Part shown: positions 11,780 to 20,953 of the stretch, piece after piece
Layout of the letters: each line of letters opens with the position of its first letter
Numbering within the stretch: the first letter of the stretch is position 1
From: Halodesulfurarchaeum sp.
GTDB taxonomy: Archaea > Halobacteriota > Halobacteria > Halobacteriales > Halobacteriaceae
Direction: 5' to 3'
DNA length: 64,000 bases
Assembly (NCBI GenBank): GCA_034520565.1
Contig: JAXHNL010000002.1
Coordinates: forward strand, 1,184,001 to 1,248,000
Made by a program: the position numbers and the translations under genes
The notes under the pieces: model-generated
What the model saw: only the letters and a program-made list of their open reading frames with translations
What the model was told of the DNA's origin: nothing
Databases searched by the model: none

Positions 11780-12075
11780 GCGATACTTTCTTCTCGCCGC
11801 CGCCTCGGTATGTTACCAGTCGTCCCGAGCAATGTCCGAACTCCTCACCTGCCTCAAAAACCGTCTGCAGCCCTTCGAGAAGACCTTCTTATTGCATGTG
11901 GACGACCGGATCCAGATAGCCAGCGGCCAGTTTTCACAAGGTTATAGATGGCTGGAACGTATCGTATCGGGATCGTCGCCCGCAGTAGACGGTATGCGAT
12001 CTTCGAACCGGCCCTCGAACGTCACCGAAAGACCGGCCAAGCGAGTCCCGAATCGGTTTCAGTACTGAGTGAACC

Positions 12076-12738
12076 ATGGCAACCCACCAACAAACGTCGC
12101 TCGAAGCCACGGAGGCTGGGCACCTTGATTTGACGCCCGACGCGGACCAACTGTGGATCGAACTGGAAATCGATCGGATGGAGAATGATTCATGTCCCGT
12201 CCGCGAGTTCGGAGACGAATCGGTGAACGGCCACGTCCAACTTGTCGGCGATCGGTGCCACGCGTCGCTCACGGTCGGGGGAAGTCAGGGGAACAATCGA
12301 ACGGTGGTGTCCGGGTCTATTACTGATGCCTGTACCTGCCCACGCGTGTGCAAACCGGGTATTATCCCTGCAGAGATTCTCGTCGCTGACGGATCGCTCG
12401 AAATTACTGCCATTGTAGACTCCCGGGAGCGACTCTACGAGTTATCCGACCGGTTCCGAGAGAGCGGCGACGAGTGGCAATTACGCCGACTCACGACCGG
12501 TATTGAACGCGAACAGGGGGAACCCGACCGAGGCGGGCGTCTCTCGGAGGAAATCTCGCTAACGGACAAACAGCAAGAGGTGGTCGAGGAGGCGGTCGGC
12601 CGCGGGTACTACGCCAATCCGCGGGAGGCGTCACTCGCGGATCTCGCCGCGGAACTTGACGTCACTCGTTCGGCGCTTTCCCAGCGATTGAACGCCGTCG
12701 AGGCGAAGCTCATCAAAACGCTCGCAGCGGAGCTGTGA
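12076..12738 (+). CDS. Cys-rich HTH_10 transcription regulator (NarO/DmsR type)
   Basis: N-terminal Cys residues (CPV, CH, CTCPRVC) and C-terminal LTDKQ..GYY..PRE..LA.EL HTH. Confidence 0.85.
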   Translation: MATHQQTSLEATEAGHLDLTPDADQLWIELEIDRMENDSCPVREFGDESVNGHVQLVGDRCHASLTVGGSQGNNRTVVSGSITDACTCPRVCKPGIIPAEILVADGSLEITAIVDSRERLYELSDRFRESGDEWQLRRLTTGIEREQGEPDRGGRLSEEISLTDKQQEVVEEAVGRGYYANPREASLADLAAELDVTRSALSQRLNAVEAKLIKTLAAEL

Positions 12739-12827
12739 AACGGTCCCGATCGAACTAGCTTGGTTTCAGCGGGCACAAGATGAAGTACGCGGCCGGCGAA
12801 ACCGTGGCACAAACCGGGTTCGAATGC

Positions 12828-13421
12828 ATGGATTACAGCACACACGAAATCGAGCAGTTTCTCGATGCGGTCGCCTCCTCGCGTGTCGCCCCTGCCGGCG
12901 GCTCCGCGGCTGCACTGACGGGTGCATTTGGAGCGGCCCTGGCCGAAATGGCGGCCCATCACACCCTGGCAAACCACGGTGAAACGACCGCCGGGAACCT
13001 GAAAATCGCCAAGGAGCGGCTTTCCCAGCAGCGAACGGTGCTGCTCACGCTGGCGGGGGAAGATGCCCAGGCGATTGACGCGCTCTTTGCGGATGGAGCC
13101 GGAGAACCCGACCAGGCGACGGTGAGTCGAGCGACAGGGATCCCGCTCTCGATCGCCGAGGCCTGCGTGGAGATCCTCGAGAAATCACTCGACATCGCCG
13201 AACGGGTCGACGACAACGTTCGACAGGATTTGCACACGGCGCTGTATTTGACCGTCGGCGCCGCGTCGGCGGCGATTCGAACCGTCGAACCAAACCTCGA
13301 TCTCCTCCAGGACGACGACGTCCGCCTGGAACTCGAAAAACGGGCCGAAACGACGACTGAGCGGCTCTCGACCGCGATAGACCGGATGGCAGAACGGACG
13401 GATGTGGAATTTTTCGACTGA
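12828..13421 (+). CDS. Formiminotetrahydrofolate cyclodeaminase/cyclohydrolase family protein
   Basis: FLDAVASS..APAGGSAAAL motif. Confidence 0.85.
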   Translation: MDYSTHEIEQFLDAVASSRVAPAGGSAAALTGAFGAALAEMAAHHTLANHGETTAGNLKIAKERLSQQRTVLLTLAGEDAQAIDALFADGAGEPDQATVSRATGIPLSIAEACVEILEKSLDIAERVDDNVRQDLHTALYLTVGAASAAIRTVEPNLDLLQDDDVRLELEKRAETTTERLSTAIDRMAERTDVEFFD

Positions 13422-13458
13422 CGAGCCAGTTTTCCGCCGGTCGGATTCGATATCACGG

Positions 13459-13821
13459 GTGGATGACCACCGGTCAATCCGTCCCGACGTCGTAGTAGAC
13501 GACCGTGCGTCGATCGTCCGCGGTGAGATGGCGCTCAACCTCGTTGCCAAACGGGGACTCCCGAAGGGCGCCGTATATCGCGTCGATCGGATCGGCGAAG
13601 CAGTCGAAACGGCGAACGGTCCCAGCTTGACGGCACGTCAGACCGAGGTCTTCGAGGCGGCCCATCGGGCGGGCTACTTCGAAATCCCCCGTGAAGCGAC
13701 CATCCAGGCGGTCGCAGATCGAACGAGCGTCAGCAAGTCGACGGCCAGCGAAATCCTCAGACGGGCGGTTCGAAACCTCGTCGACTGGTACGATCCGTCC
13801 GGGGACGGCACGACGGCATAA
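13459..13821 (+). CDS. Short HTH_10 domain protein (possibly truncated)
   Basis: LTARQ.EV..AA..AGYFEIPREAT..VA..TASE.LRRA; start codon uncertain. Confidence 0.65.
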   Translation: MDDHRSIRPDVVVDDRASIVRGEMALNLVAKRGLPKGAVYRVDRIGEAVETANGPSLTARQTEVFEAAHRAGYFEIPREATIQAVADRTSVSKSTASEILRRAVRNLVDWYDPSGDGTTA

Positions 13822-13826
13822 ATCGG

Positions 13827-14606
13827 TCACGCCAGGAGGAACGGGCCAGCAAGCACGAAGGCGAGGGAGAGCATCGCTTCTGTCTGTCCGAGTCGTTTGA
13901 GCGACGGGGTTCCCGTTCGCTGTTGCAGCTGTCCCGATCTGAGCGCCGAGAGTCCGAAGACGACCGGGGAACTGATTCCGAGAAATCCGGATCCGTATCC
14001 GACAACGGCGATCCCAACGACGGTAAGTGGAACGAGCAGCGCAATCGCTGGTACCCGTTCCCCCGCTTCTACGGCGGCGCCGACCCGAAGTACCGCCAGC
14101 AGGTGATAGCCGAAAAACAGCCCATACCCGGCGAGAACGAGCGTTGGATCAGTGAATCCCAAAAGGAGCAGGCCGATGGGGACGAGGGCACCGATCGCGA
14201 GCACGCCGGTCCCGGCTTTCAGGAGCGGTTTGGAACGCCGGTCGCGAGCGAGCCGGGCCTCGATGGCGCCGCCGATGGGTAACAGGAGCAAGAGCCCCCA
14301 CCCCGTCCCTTCGAGGGCCATCAAGCCACCGGTTAACCCAAGGATACCCACTGCTTCGAGGGCTGCAATTAATCCGTATCGGCGCCGTTTGGTGGGATCC
14401 GACAGGAAAAACTGGCGTGTCGCCTCGCGAAACAGCATGGACCCGGCGGCGATCCCAACGAAGAGGAGATAGGCGGGGCCGAAACCCAATGGGACCGCCG
14501 TTTCCGCGCCGATTCCGATGCTCACCGGCGTCGCGAGTGCGACGAGGAGGAGCGTCTTGGCCCCGTGTTCGGGTGGGATGGGTGGAAGCCACCGGTGGGT
14601 TCCCAT
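13827..14606 (-). CDS. YwiC-like membrane protein
   Basis: N-terminal IPPEHGA motif, many TM helices, C-terminal KRLG.E. Confidence 0.75.
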   Translation of the reverse strand: MGTHRWLPPIPPEHGAKTLLLVALATPVSIGIGAETAVPLGFGPAYLLFVGIAAGSMLFREATRQFFLSDPTKRRRYGLIAALEAVGILGLTGGLMALEGTGWGLLLLLPIGGAIEARLARDRRSKPLLKAGTGVLAIGALVPIGLLLLGFTDPTLVLAGYGLFFGYHLLAVLRVGAAVEAGERVPAIALLVPLTVVGIAVVGYGSGFLGISSPVVFGLSALRSGQLQQRTGTPSLKRLGQTEAMLSLAFVLAGPFLLA

Positions 14607-14738
14607 GCGTATTCATAACCAACGACGCAATCCGGGAAAACGGCACGGACGAACATGTGGGGTCCCGCTGTGCTGTTGGCAGCGCATCGTTTCAGCATAT
14701 TTTAACCGCGCTTCAACCAAATTCCGGACAGCAACCGC

Positions 14739-16010
14739 ATGTCCGAATTCATCGACAACGTGGAACAGTCCCCTCGAGCCAGCGCCCTTCTCGAGTTCGT
14801 TCGTCGGGTTCACGACGGGGCGACCGCCTCGGAGATTGCGACAGCGTACGAAGATGCCATCGACTCGGTACGCCCCTCTGACGTGCTGGTCCTCGAGCAC
14901 GAATTACTGGAGGATGGGATCTCGGTTTCGGCGGTCAAGGCGGAGAGCGAACCGCTCCTGGCAACGTTTCGTCAGCCCCTCGAAACCAACGACTGGGAGC
15001 GACCTGAACGGGGGCACCCGATAGACAACATGTTGCGGGAGAACCGGGCGATCGAATCACACCTCGACGCACTGGAGGCGGCCGTGGAGGCGCTCTCGGT
15101 CGCTTCTTCCCCACCGCTCGAGGCGGTGAGCGACCTGCAGGATCATATCGTGGCACTCGAGGGGATCGATCGGCATTTCGTCAGGAAAGAGAACGAACTG
15201 TTCCCGCATCTCGAGGAACACTGGAAACACGACAGGCCGCTCGGTGTGATGTGGTCCATCCACGACGACCTCCGGTCGCTTCGAAGGACGATCGAGGACC
15301 TCAGCGAAGACCCCGAAACGAATCCGGAAACCCTCTCGAGACTCGTTGCCCGATTCACGGAAACGGCTCGAGGATTGCTGTTCAAGGAGGAGGCAATCGT
15401 TTTTCCGGTGGCGCTCAGGACCCTGACCGATCGGGAATGGGAACAGATCCAGCGGGAAAGCATGGACCTCGGGTATTTCGAGATCGACCCGGCCTTTGCA
15501 TTACTGGACGAAGGGGCGACTGACACCGCAGGCGAATCCGTCCGGCGTTCGAGTGCGGGAACGGAAACCCAGGCCAGCCTGTCGAGCGGTTCTGTCGCCC
15601 TCGGTCTCGACACGGGCACGCTCGAACTGGACCAGCTCCAACTCCTCCTCGAGACGATTCCGGTCGACGTCACCTACGTCGACGAAAACGACCGCGTCCG
15701 CTACTTCAACAACCCCGAGGAGCGGATCTTTCCCCGGTCCGGGTCGATCATCGGTCGGACCGTGCAGAACTGCCATCCGCCAGAAAGCGTGGACACGGTC
15801 GAGGAGATCCTCGAAGCGTTTCGATCCGGGGAACACGACAGTGCTCGATTCTGGATCCAAAACGACGACGCCTTCGTAGTCATCGAGTATCACGCCCTTC
15901 GCGACGGATCTGGAGCCTATCGCGGGACCCTCGAAGTCACCAGGGAGGTGAGCGACCTGCGAAGATTGGAGGGCGAGCAACGGCTGATCGAGTGGGGAAC
16001 TACTCAGTAG
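14739..16010 (+). CDS. DUF438/hemerythrin + PAS domain protein
   Basis: GHPI..M.REN, HFVRKENELFP, VMWSIHD, KEE.IVFP; PAS-type PVDVTYVDE..RIFPR..IGR.VQNCHPP. Confidence 0.9.
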   Translation: MSEFIDNVEQSPRASALLEFVRRVHDGATASEIATAYEDAIDSVRPSDVLVLEHELLEDGISVSAVKAESEPLLATFRQPLETNDWERPERGHPIDNMLRENRAIESHLDALEAAVEALSVASSPPLEAVSDLQDHIVALEGIDRHFVRKENELFPHLEEHWKHDRPLGVMWSIHDDLRSLRRTIEDLSEDPETNPETLSRLVARFTETARGLLFKEEAIVFPVALRTLTDREWEQIQRESMDLGYFEIDPAFALLDEGATDTAGESVRRSSAGTETQASLSSGSVALGLDTGTLELDQLQLLLETIPVDVTYVDENDRVRYFNNPEERIFPRSGSIIGRTVQNCHPPESVDTVEEILEAFRSGEHDSARFWIQNDDAFVVIEYHALRDGSGAYRGTLEVTREVSDLRRLEGEQRLIEWGTTQ

Positions 16011-16086
16011 CAGTACCGTTCGTTCCGCTCGTGAGCGTTCGCGACCGAAACGAGCCTCCCTCCAGCCGGTCTCACCGAGTCGGGAT

Positions 16087-16344
16087 TCAGGACTTCCAGA
16101 TGGCCGTGTAGGCCGGATCGCTCCCGGTGCTCTCGTATTCGTACCCCCGCTCTTCCAGCATCGGGAAGAGATGCTGGGGTTGCCGATCGTTGATCTGTAC
16201 GAGTAGTCCGTCCGTCTCGGTCTCTCCGAGGGTTCCCAGGGTCTCCTGTAGCGGTTCGGGTGGGGGAAGCTCCCGGACGTCGATTACTGTCTGCTCACGC
16301 TCTTCCGGGACACGTTCGACCGCTAGCAAACCGTCATACTCCAT
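16087..16344 (-). CDS. DUF2249 domain protein
   Basis: IDVRELPPPEPL..NDRQPQHLFPMLEERGY. Confidence 0.85.
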   Translation of the reverse strand: MEYDGLLAVERVPEEREQTVIDVRELPPPEPLQETLGTLGETETDGLLVQINDRQPQHLFPMLEERGYEYESTGSDPAYTAIWKS

Positions 16345-16382
16345 GCACCGGACTCGCACGTCCCCTCGGTCAACGATTGTGC

Positions 16383-16426
16383 CGAACATATTCGATCCCG
16401 CGTCGGGCGACGGGCGAATATATTCG
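16383..16426. promoter_or_regulatory. Two CGAA-N4-TTCG palindromes in a divergent promoter
   Basis: CGAACATATTCG at 16383-16394 and CGAATATATTCG at 16415-16426. Confidence 0.75.
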
Positions 16427-16523
16427 GGGCAGTACCTTCGTCCGTTTGCTTCCGAAAATCGATGGGAATGTTTGTAACTGCGGCCGACGACCGTTCGATC
16501 ATCGTCTGAATCATCCGTTTCCT

Positions 16524-17864
16524 ATGCAACCACCCACTTCCGATCTGGACGTCGACCACCAACCGCCGCTCTCGCTGCCGTTTGCGCACTTTCTCGTCAG
16601 CGCCTTCCTGTTGTTACTCGGAGGCGGGGTCGCCAGTCTCGGCCCACTGGTGCTTCCGATCCGGGCCAGCAGCGTGGGGACACTCCACCTCCTTCTGGCC
16701 GGGTGGCTCGGCCTCACGATCATGGGGGCCATGATCCAATTCGTTCCTGTCTGGTCAGGGACGAAACTACACTCCGAACGGCTCTCGCTCGTGAGTCTCT
16801 GGTTTGTTGTCGTCGGCGTCAGTGGCGTCGTCGGCGTGTTTTTCTCGAGTGCGTACGCGTGGTTTCCGCTACTGGCTGGCATTCTTCTCGTGGGATTCTG
16901 GGTCTTCGGCTACACGATCATTCGGTCCCTGCCACCGGTGAGCGAGATGGATATCACCGAAGCCCATTTCCTGTTGGCTGTCGGTTCGCTCCTCCTCGCG
17001 ACCGTCTTCGGCTGGCTTCTGGCGACGTCCTTCGCGTTTCGGGTTCTCGATTCGCTTCCAGTTTCGGCGACCGGCCTGTTGATGGCCCATTTGACACTCA
17101 CGGTGTTCGGGTTCGTCTCGCTCACAATCGTCGGGGCACTGTACCAACTCGCGCCGATGTTCACGCAGGCCCCAGCGAGTTCACTCGATACGCACCTCGC
17201 CCACGTGGAGATGGTCGCGCTCCCGGTTGGCGTGTTCGGCCTGTCATTTGGTCGGTTGTTCCAGCTCGAGAATCTCGCCCGCGCCAGTGGGATCCTCCTC
17301 TCGACCGGACTGTTGGCGTTCGCGTTGATTCTTCTCCGGCGACTTTGGCGGGCACAAGTCGAGCCGGGACCGATGCTTCGGCGGTACTGGCTCGTCGGGC
17401 TGTCCGTCCTGGGATGGGTCGCCGTGACGGTCCCCCGATGGCTTGGCGATCCGCTTTCCTACTTCCTCCGGTTCGGCAGTCCTCAGGGAACACACCTGCT
17501 CTTTGTGGGGTTTTTCACCCTCACGGTCGTCGGCACTTTCTACCACGTCGTGCCCTTCATCGTCTGGTTTCACGAGTACAGCGACAGACTCGGGTACGAA
17601 CCGGTACCCATGATCGACGACCTGTATCACGCGGGAATCGCCCGCGTCGAGTTCTGGCTCCTCGCTATCGGTTTGGGAACCCTCTGGGCGGGCGAATTGC
17701 TGGGGGCGCCGACCTGGGTGATCATGGTGGGTGGGAACGTCCTCGGCGGTGGTGTCATCCTTTTCGCGTTCAACATGGGACTGGTGGTCAGGAATCATCG
17801 TCCGGAAACGATCAGGGAGATCTTCGAACTGGTCACTTTCAGACGAGGCGAACAGGGGAAGTGA
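16524..17864 (+). CDS. 12-TM His-containing membrane protein (heme-copper-oxidase-subunit-I-like/NnrS-like fold)
   Basis: Three repeats of H-hydrophobic-G..G..Q/H..P.F/W; typical of DUF2249-associated membrane proteins. Confidence 0.75.
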   Translation: MQPPTSDLDVDHQPPLSLPFAHFLVSAFLLLLGGGVASLGPLVLPIRASSVGTLHLLLAGWLGLTIMGAMIQFVPVWSGTKLHSERLSLVSLWFVVVGVSGVVGVFFSSAYAWFPLLAGILLVGFWVFGYTIIRSLPPVSEMDITEAHFLLAVGSLLLATVFGWLLATSFAFRVLDSLPVSATGLLMAHLTLTVFGFVSLTIVGALYQLAPMFTQAPASSLDTHLAHVEMVALPVGVFGLSFGRLFQLENLARASGILLSTGLLAFALILLRRLWRAQVEPGPMLRRYWLVGLSVLGWVAVTVPRWLGDPLSYFLRFGSPQGTHLLFVGFFTLTVVGTFYHVVPFIVWFHEYSDRLGYEPVPMIDDLYHAGIARVEFWLLAIGLGTLWAGELLGAPTWVIMVGGNVLGGGVILFAFNMGLVVRNHRPETIREIFELVTFRRGEQGK

Positions 17865-17870
17865 GGGAAC

Positions 17871-18341
17871 TTAGGGAGGCGATTCGGCGCCCATCGTTCG
17901 CAACTTCTCGTTTACCGCATCGCTGTGCTGATGCATCGGATCGACGCGAATCTCGACCGACTCGAAATCGTGTCTCTCGTCTTCGCCGTTCCAGGCGCGA
18001 TAGGCGGCCGTCGTCAGGACCGAACTCTGGGGACAGAACCGGGTCGTCGGCGTGAACTCCGCGATCAAATCGTCGTCCTCGGTCACTCCATATCGAAACC
18101 CGGCGTCGGGATGGCGGTGATCGAGGTTCAGTTTCGCGAGATTGTAGCCGAACGTGCTGTCGTAGACGCCCCTGATTTCGAAGACGTCACGGGCGAGTTT
18201 GTGCACCCGAACATGGTCCTCGCCGGTCAGCACGTCGTGACCGGCTATGGCCGGTCCCGGTTCGGGAACGTGTGACGGGACGAACTCGTCGTACTCGTCG
18301 AATCCCTGATCCCGGTCCGGTTCGTTTTTGAAGAGTGCCAT
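17871..18341 (-). CDS. DUF59/SufT-like (FeS assembly P-like) protein
   Basis: VYDSTFGYNL..L and FTPTTRFCPQ resemble the DPE..TLT..CP motif. Confidence 0.6.
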   Translation of the reverse strand: MALFKNEPDRDQGFDEYDEFVPSHVPEPGPAIAGHDVLTGEDHVRVHKLARDVFEIRGVYDSTFGYNLAKLNLDHRHPDAGFRYGVTEDDDLIAEFTPTTRFCPQSSVLTTAAYRAWNGEDERHDFESVEIRVDPMHQHSDAVNEKLRTMGAESPP

Positions 18342-18378
18342 ACCGGGAAAACGGCTGGCTGATAGGTGACAAGCGCCC

Positions 18379-18390
18379 CGAACATGTCCG
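18379..18390. promoter_or_regulatory. Near-palindrome CGAACATGTCCG
   Basis: One mismatch to CGAA-N4-TTCG; about 40 bp upstream of the 18341 start. Confidence 0.6.
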
Positions 18391-18393
18391 GTC

Positions 18394-19041
18394 TCACTGG
18401 AACTCGCCGACAGAGTCCTCCTCTGTGAGGAACGCCCCGATGATTTTTCCCTCGGCACGCTGGAGTGTTTCGCTGCAGGTCGACTTCGCGATGCCGGCCG
18501 CTTCGGCCACTTCGGTCAACGTGGCGGTCCGGGGCGAGTCGTAATATCCGGCCTCGTGGGCCGTTTCGATCAAGGACTGCTGTTTCTCGGTTAGCAGGGT
18601 TTCAGTCTCCAGGTGGTGTCTGATCTCCTCGACGGTGTACTGAATCTGAAAGGCCTCGAGTTCGTCGCCGAGTTGTGAGAGTCGTTCCTGGGAGGTCGTG
18701 ATCTCCCAGATCGCCCTCCCGTTTCGCAACTCGAAGGGCATCTCCAGGGGGATCCCGGACCCGACGATCGGAAAGAGCAGCGTCGGTTCGGTGGTTTCGA
18801 ACTGCACCAGCCCGGTGTCGTCCTCCCGACCGAGAACGTTCAACTCCCTGGTTTCTGGGGCCGCCTCGAAGGCCTCGAGCACCGCGTCCAGTTCGGGAGC
18901 GGCAATCTCGACGAGGCCGACGCCAGTTTCGTCTCCGGAGACTGCCGACAGGATCCTGAATTCCGCGTCCGGATACTCGCGAGTTATCGAGCCGATCCAG
19001 AGCGTTTCCGGGATCGTGATCGTCAATGTCGCTTGAGGCAT
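18394..19041 (-). CDS. HTH_10 (bacterio-opsin-activator-type) transcription regulator
   Basis: LTEKQ..A..AGYYDSPR.ATLTEVAE..GIAKSTCSE.L.RAE. Confidence 0.9.
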   Translation of the reverse strand: MPQATLTITIPETLWIGSITREYPDAEFRILSAVSGDETGVGLVEIAAPELDAVLEAFEAAPETRELNVLGREDDTGLVQFETTEPTLLFPIVGSGIPLEMPFELRNGRAIWEITTSQERLSQLGDELEAFQIQYTVEEIRHHLETETLLTEKQQSLIETAHEAGYYDSPRTATLTEVAEAAGIAKSTCSETLQRAEGKIIGAFLTEEDSVGEFQ

Positions 19042-19074
19042 GGGTGGACCGGGACCCGAGATCGCTCGGATCGC

Positions 19075-19137
19075 CGAATATGTTCGGACCGTGTTCTTTC
19101 ATTGGTAAACCGGTATCGGTCCCACCGAACTGGTTCG
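19075..19137. promoter_or_regulatory. Two CGAA-N4-TTCG palindromes in a divergent promoter
   Basis: CGAATATGTTCG at 19075-19086 and CGAACTGGTTCG at 19126-19137. Confidence 0.75.
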
Positions 19138-19174
19138 CCGGAACCTATGGGGGCCTGGGGCGAACACTCCCCGT

Positions 19175-19600
19175 ATGGAAACCGTCACAGTGAAACGCTC
19201 GTATTCGGCCCCCGAATCGGCCGTCCGGGAGGTGATTCTGTCTGATGTCCCCGCGTTTGTTCGAGCCTCAGGCTTCGACAGGGTGCGAGTCGACGGCGAA
19301 TCATTCACGGTCGCCCGGGATATCGGACTCGCGACGTTCGAACTCACCCTGGAACGGGTCGAGGGTGACTCGCTTCTTGAGTTCGATCAGACCGACGGCA
19401 TGTTCGACCGGATGTGGACGGAGTACCGACTTGAGACGACGGCGGAGGGCTGTGAGATCATCGCCAGGACGGAATTCACCCTCGGGGGTGTCCTCGCGCC
19501 GGTGCTCGACGGGACGATGATCAAAACCCAGCGCACGCGGGAGTTCGAGTTGCAGTTCGACTACGTCGCCTCGGAGCTCGAGGCCCCGAACCCGGGTTGA
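19175..19600 (+). CDS. SRPBCC/polyketide-cyclase-like protein
   Basis: Size and beta-rich pattern with a C-terminal helix (..RTREFELQFDYV). Confidence 0.7.
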   Translation: METVTVKRSYSAPESAVREVILSDVPAFVRASGFDRVRVDGESFTVARDIGLATFELTLERVEGDSLLEFDQTDGMFDRMWTEYRLETTAEGCEIIARTEFTLGGVLAPVLDGTMIKTQRTREFELQFDYVASELEAPNPG

Positions 19601-19680
19601 TGGACTTACGGGACCCGTTTCCGTTCTTTTCGAGGGCACTCCAGGACACGCGGCGTCTTTCGATCGTGAACTCGGGCAGA

Positions 19681-19692
19681 TGAATATGTTCG
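19681..19692. promoter_or_regulatory. Near-palindrome TGAATATGTTCG
   Basis: About 30-40 bp upstream of the radical SAM start. Confidence 0.65.
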
Positions 19693-19720
19693 GCCTTGCA
19701 CCCATGGTCGGTCCTGACCT

Positions 19721-20854
19721 ATGGCGCGACAGATGGGCCCTCCGAGTGATGTCGACACCGAAAAACGCCCCTTCGTTCTCATCTGGGAGGTGACACAGGC
19801 GTGTGACCTCGAATGCGAGCACTGCCGGGCGGACGCACAGCCCGACCGACATCCACTCGAACTGGGTACAGAAGCGGGGAAAGCCCTTCTCGAGGAGGCT
19901 GCCCGGTTCGACGAGCACCAGTTAGTCGTGCTCTCCGGCGGTGACCCGCTCGCACGGGACGACATCCCCGAATTGATCGAGTACGGGTCCGATCTCGGGC
20001 TTCGGATGACGCTTACGCCGAGCGGAACGAACTCACTCGACCCCGCCGCAATCGACGAACTCGCCAACTCGGGATTGAAACGCCTCGCTGTGAGCATTGA
20101 CGGAGCCACTGCGATCAGTCACGACTCGTTCAGGGGGGAACCAGGGACCTTCGACCAGACCCTCGAAGCGGCCCGGTACGCTAGGGGCGAAGGGATCCCG
20201 ATACAGGTGAACACCACCGTGACGAAGGAGACCGTCGAGGACCTCCTCGCGATCGCGGACCTCGTCGAAGACCTCGGGGCCGTGCTCTGGTCCGTCTTCT
20301 TCCTGGTGCCGATCGGTCGCGGACGGATCCTGGATCCAATCGGCCCGGATCGGGCCGAATCGGTGATGGAGTGGCTTCTGGATCAGGCTGCCGACCGGAC
20401 CTTCGGTGTCAAAACGACGGAAGCACCGCAGTACCGTCGGGTCGCGATCGAATCGGGACGGTCCGCTCAGGATTCGTCGGGAAAGCGGGACGCGATCGGT
20501 CGTCGGGGCGGCGTGCGGGCCGGGGACGGATTCGCGTTCGTCAGCCACACGGGATCGGTCTTTCCGTCGGGATTCCTGCCGCGCTCGGCGGGGTCCGTGC
20601 GGGAGTCCTCGCTGGTGAAGATTTACCGCGAGAGCGAACTTTTCCGGGCACTTCGCGACGAGGACCGGTTCCGTGGAAAGTGTGGGGCATGTGAATACCG
20701 CAACGTCTGTGGTGGCAGTCGATCCCGAGCCTACGCGTACACGGGTGATTCCCTGGAGAGTGATCCACTTTGCCCGTACGTTCCGGCTGATTACGAGGGG
20801 CCCATGCCGACCCACGAACTCGAGTCTGCGGAGATCGAGGACGCCGTTCGCTGA
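19721..20854 (+). CDS. Radical SAM/SPASM protein (NirJ/Ahb-like)
   Basis: CDLECEHC motif, SGGDP, SPASM CGAC..VCGGSRSRAY..DPLC. Confidence 0.9.
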   Translation: MARQMGPPSDVDTEKRPFVLIWEVTQACDLECEHCRADAQPDRHPLELGTEAGKALLEEAARFDEHQLVVLSGGDPLARDDIPELIEYGSDLGLRMTLTPSGTNSLDPAAIDELANSGLKRLAVSIDGATAISHDSFRGEPGTFDQTLEAARYARGEGIPIQVNTTVTKETVEDLLAIADLVEDLGAVLWSVFFLVPIGRGRILDPIGPDRAESVMEWLLDQAADRTFGVKTTEAPQYRRVAIESGRSAQDSSGKRDAIGRRGGVRAGDGFAFVSHTGSVFPSGFLPRSAGSVRESSLVKIYRESELFRALRDEDRFRGKCGACEYRNVCGGSRSRAYAYTGDSLESDPLCPYVPADYEGPMPTHELESAEIEDAVR

Positions 20855-20900
20855 GCGTTCTTTCGGCCGCTGTGAGCGGACACGACCACTCGTGGCTCCC

Positions 20901-20918
20901 AGACGAACATGTTCGTCT
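20901..20918. promoter_or_regulatory. 18-bp perfect palindrome AGACGAACATGTTCGTCT containing CGAA-N4-TTCG
   Basis: About 36 bp upstream of the ATG at 20954. Confidence 0.75.
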
Positions 20919-20953
20919 CCCTGCATTTATTCGGTGAGCCCTTCGATTCGTCT

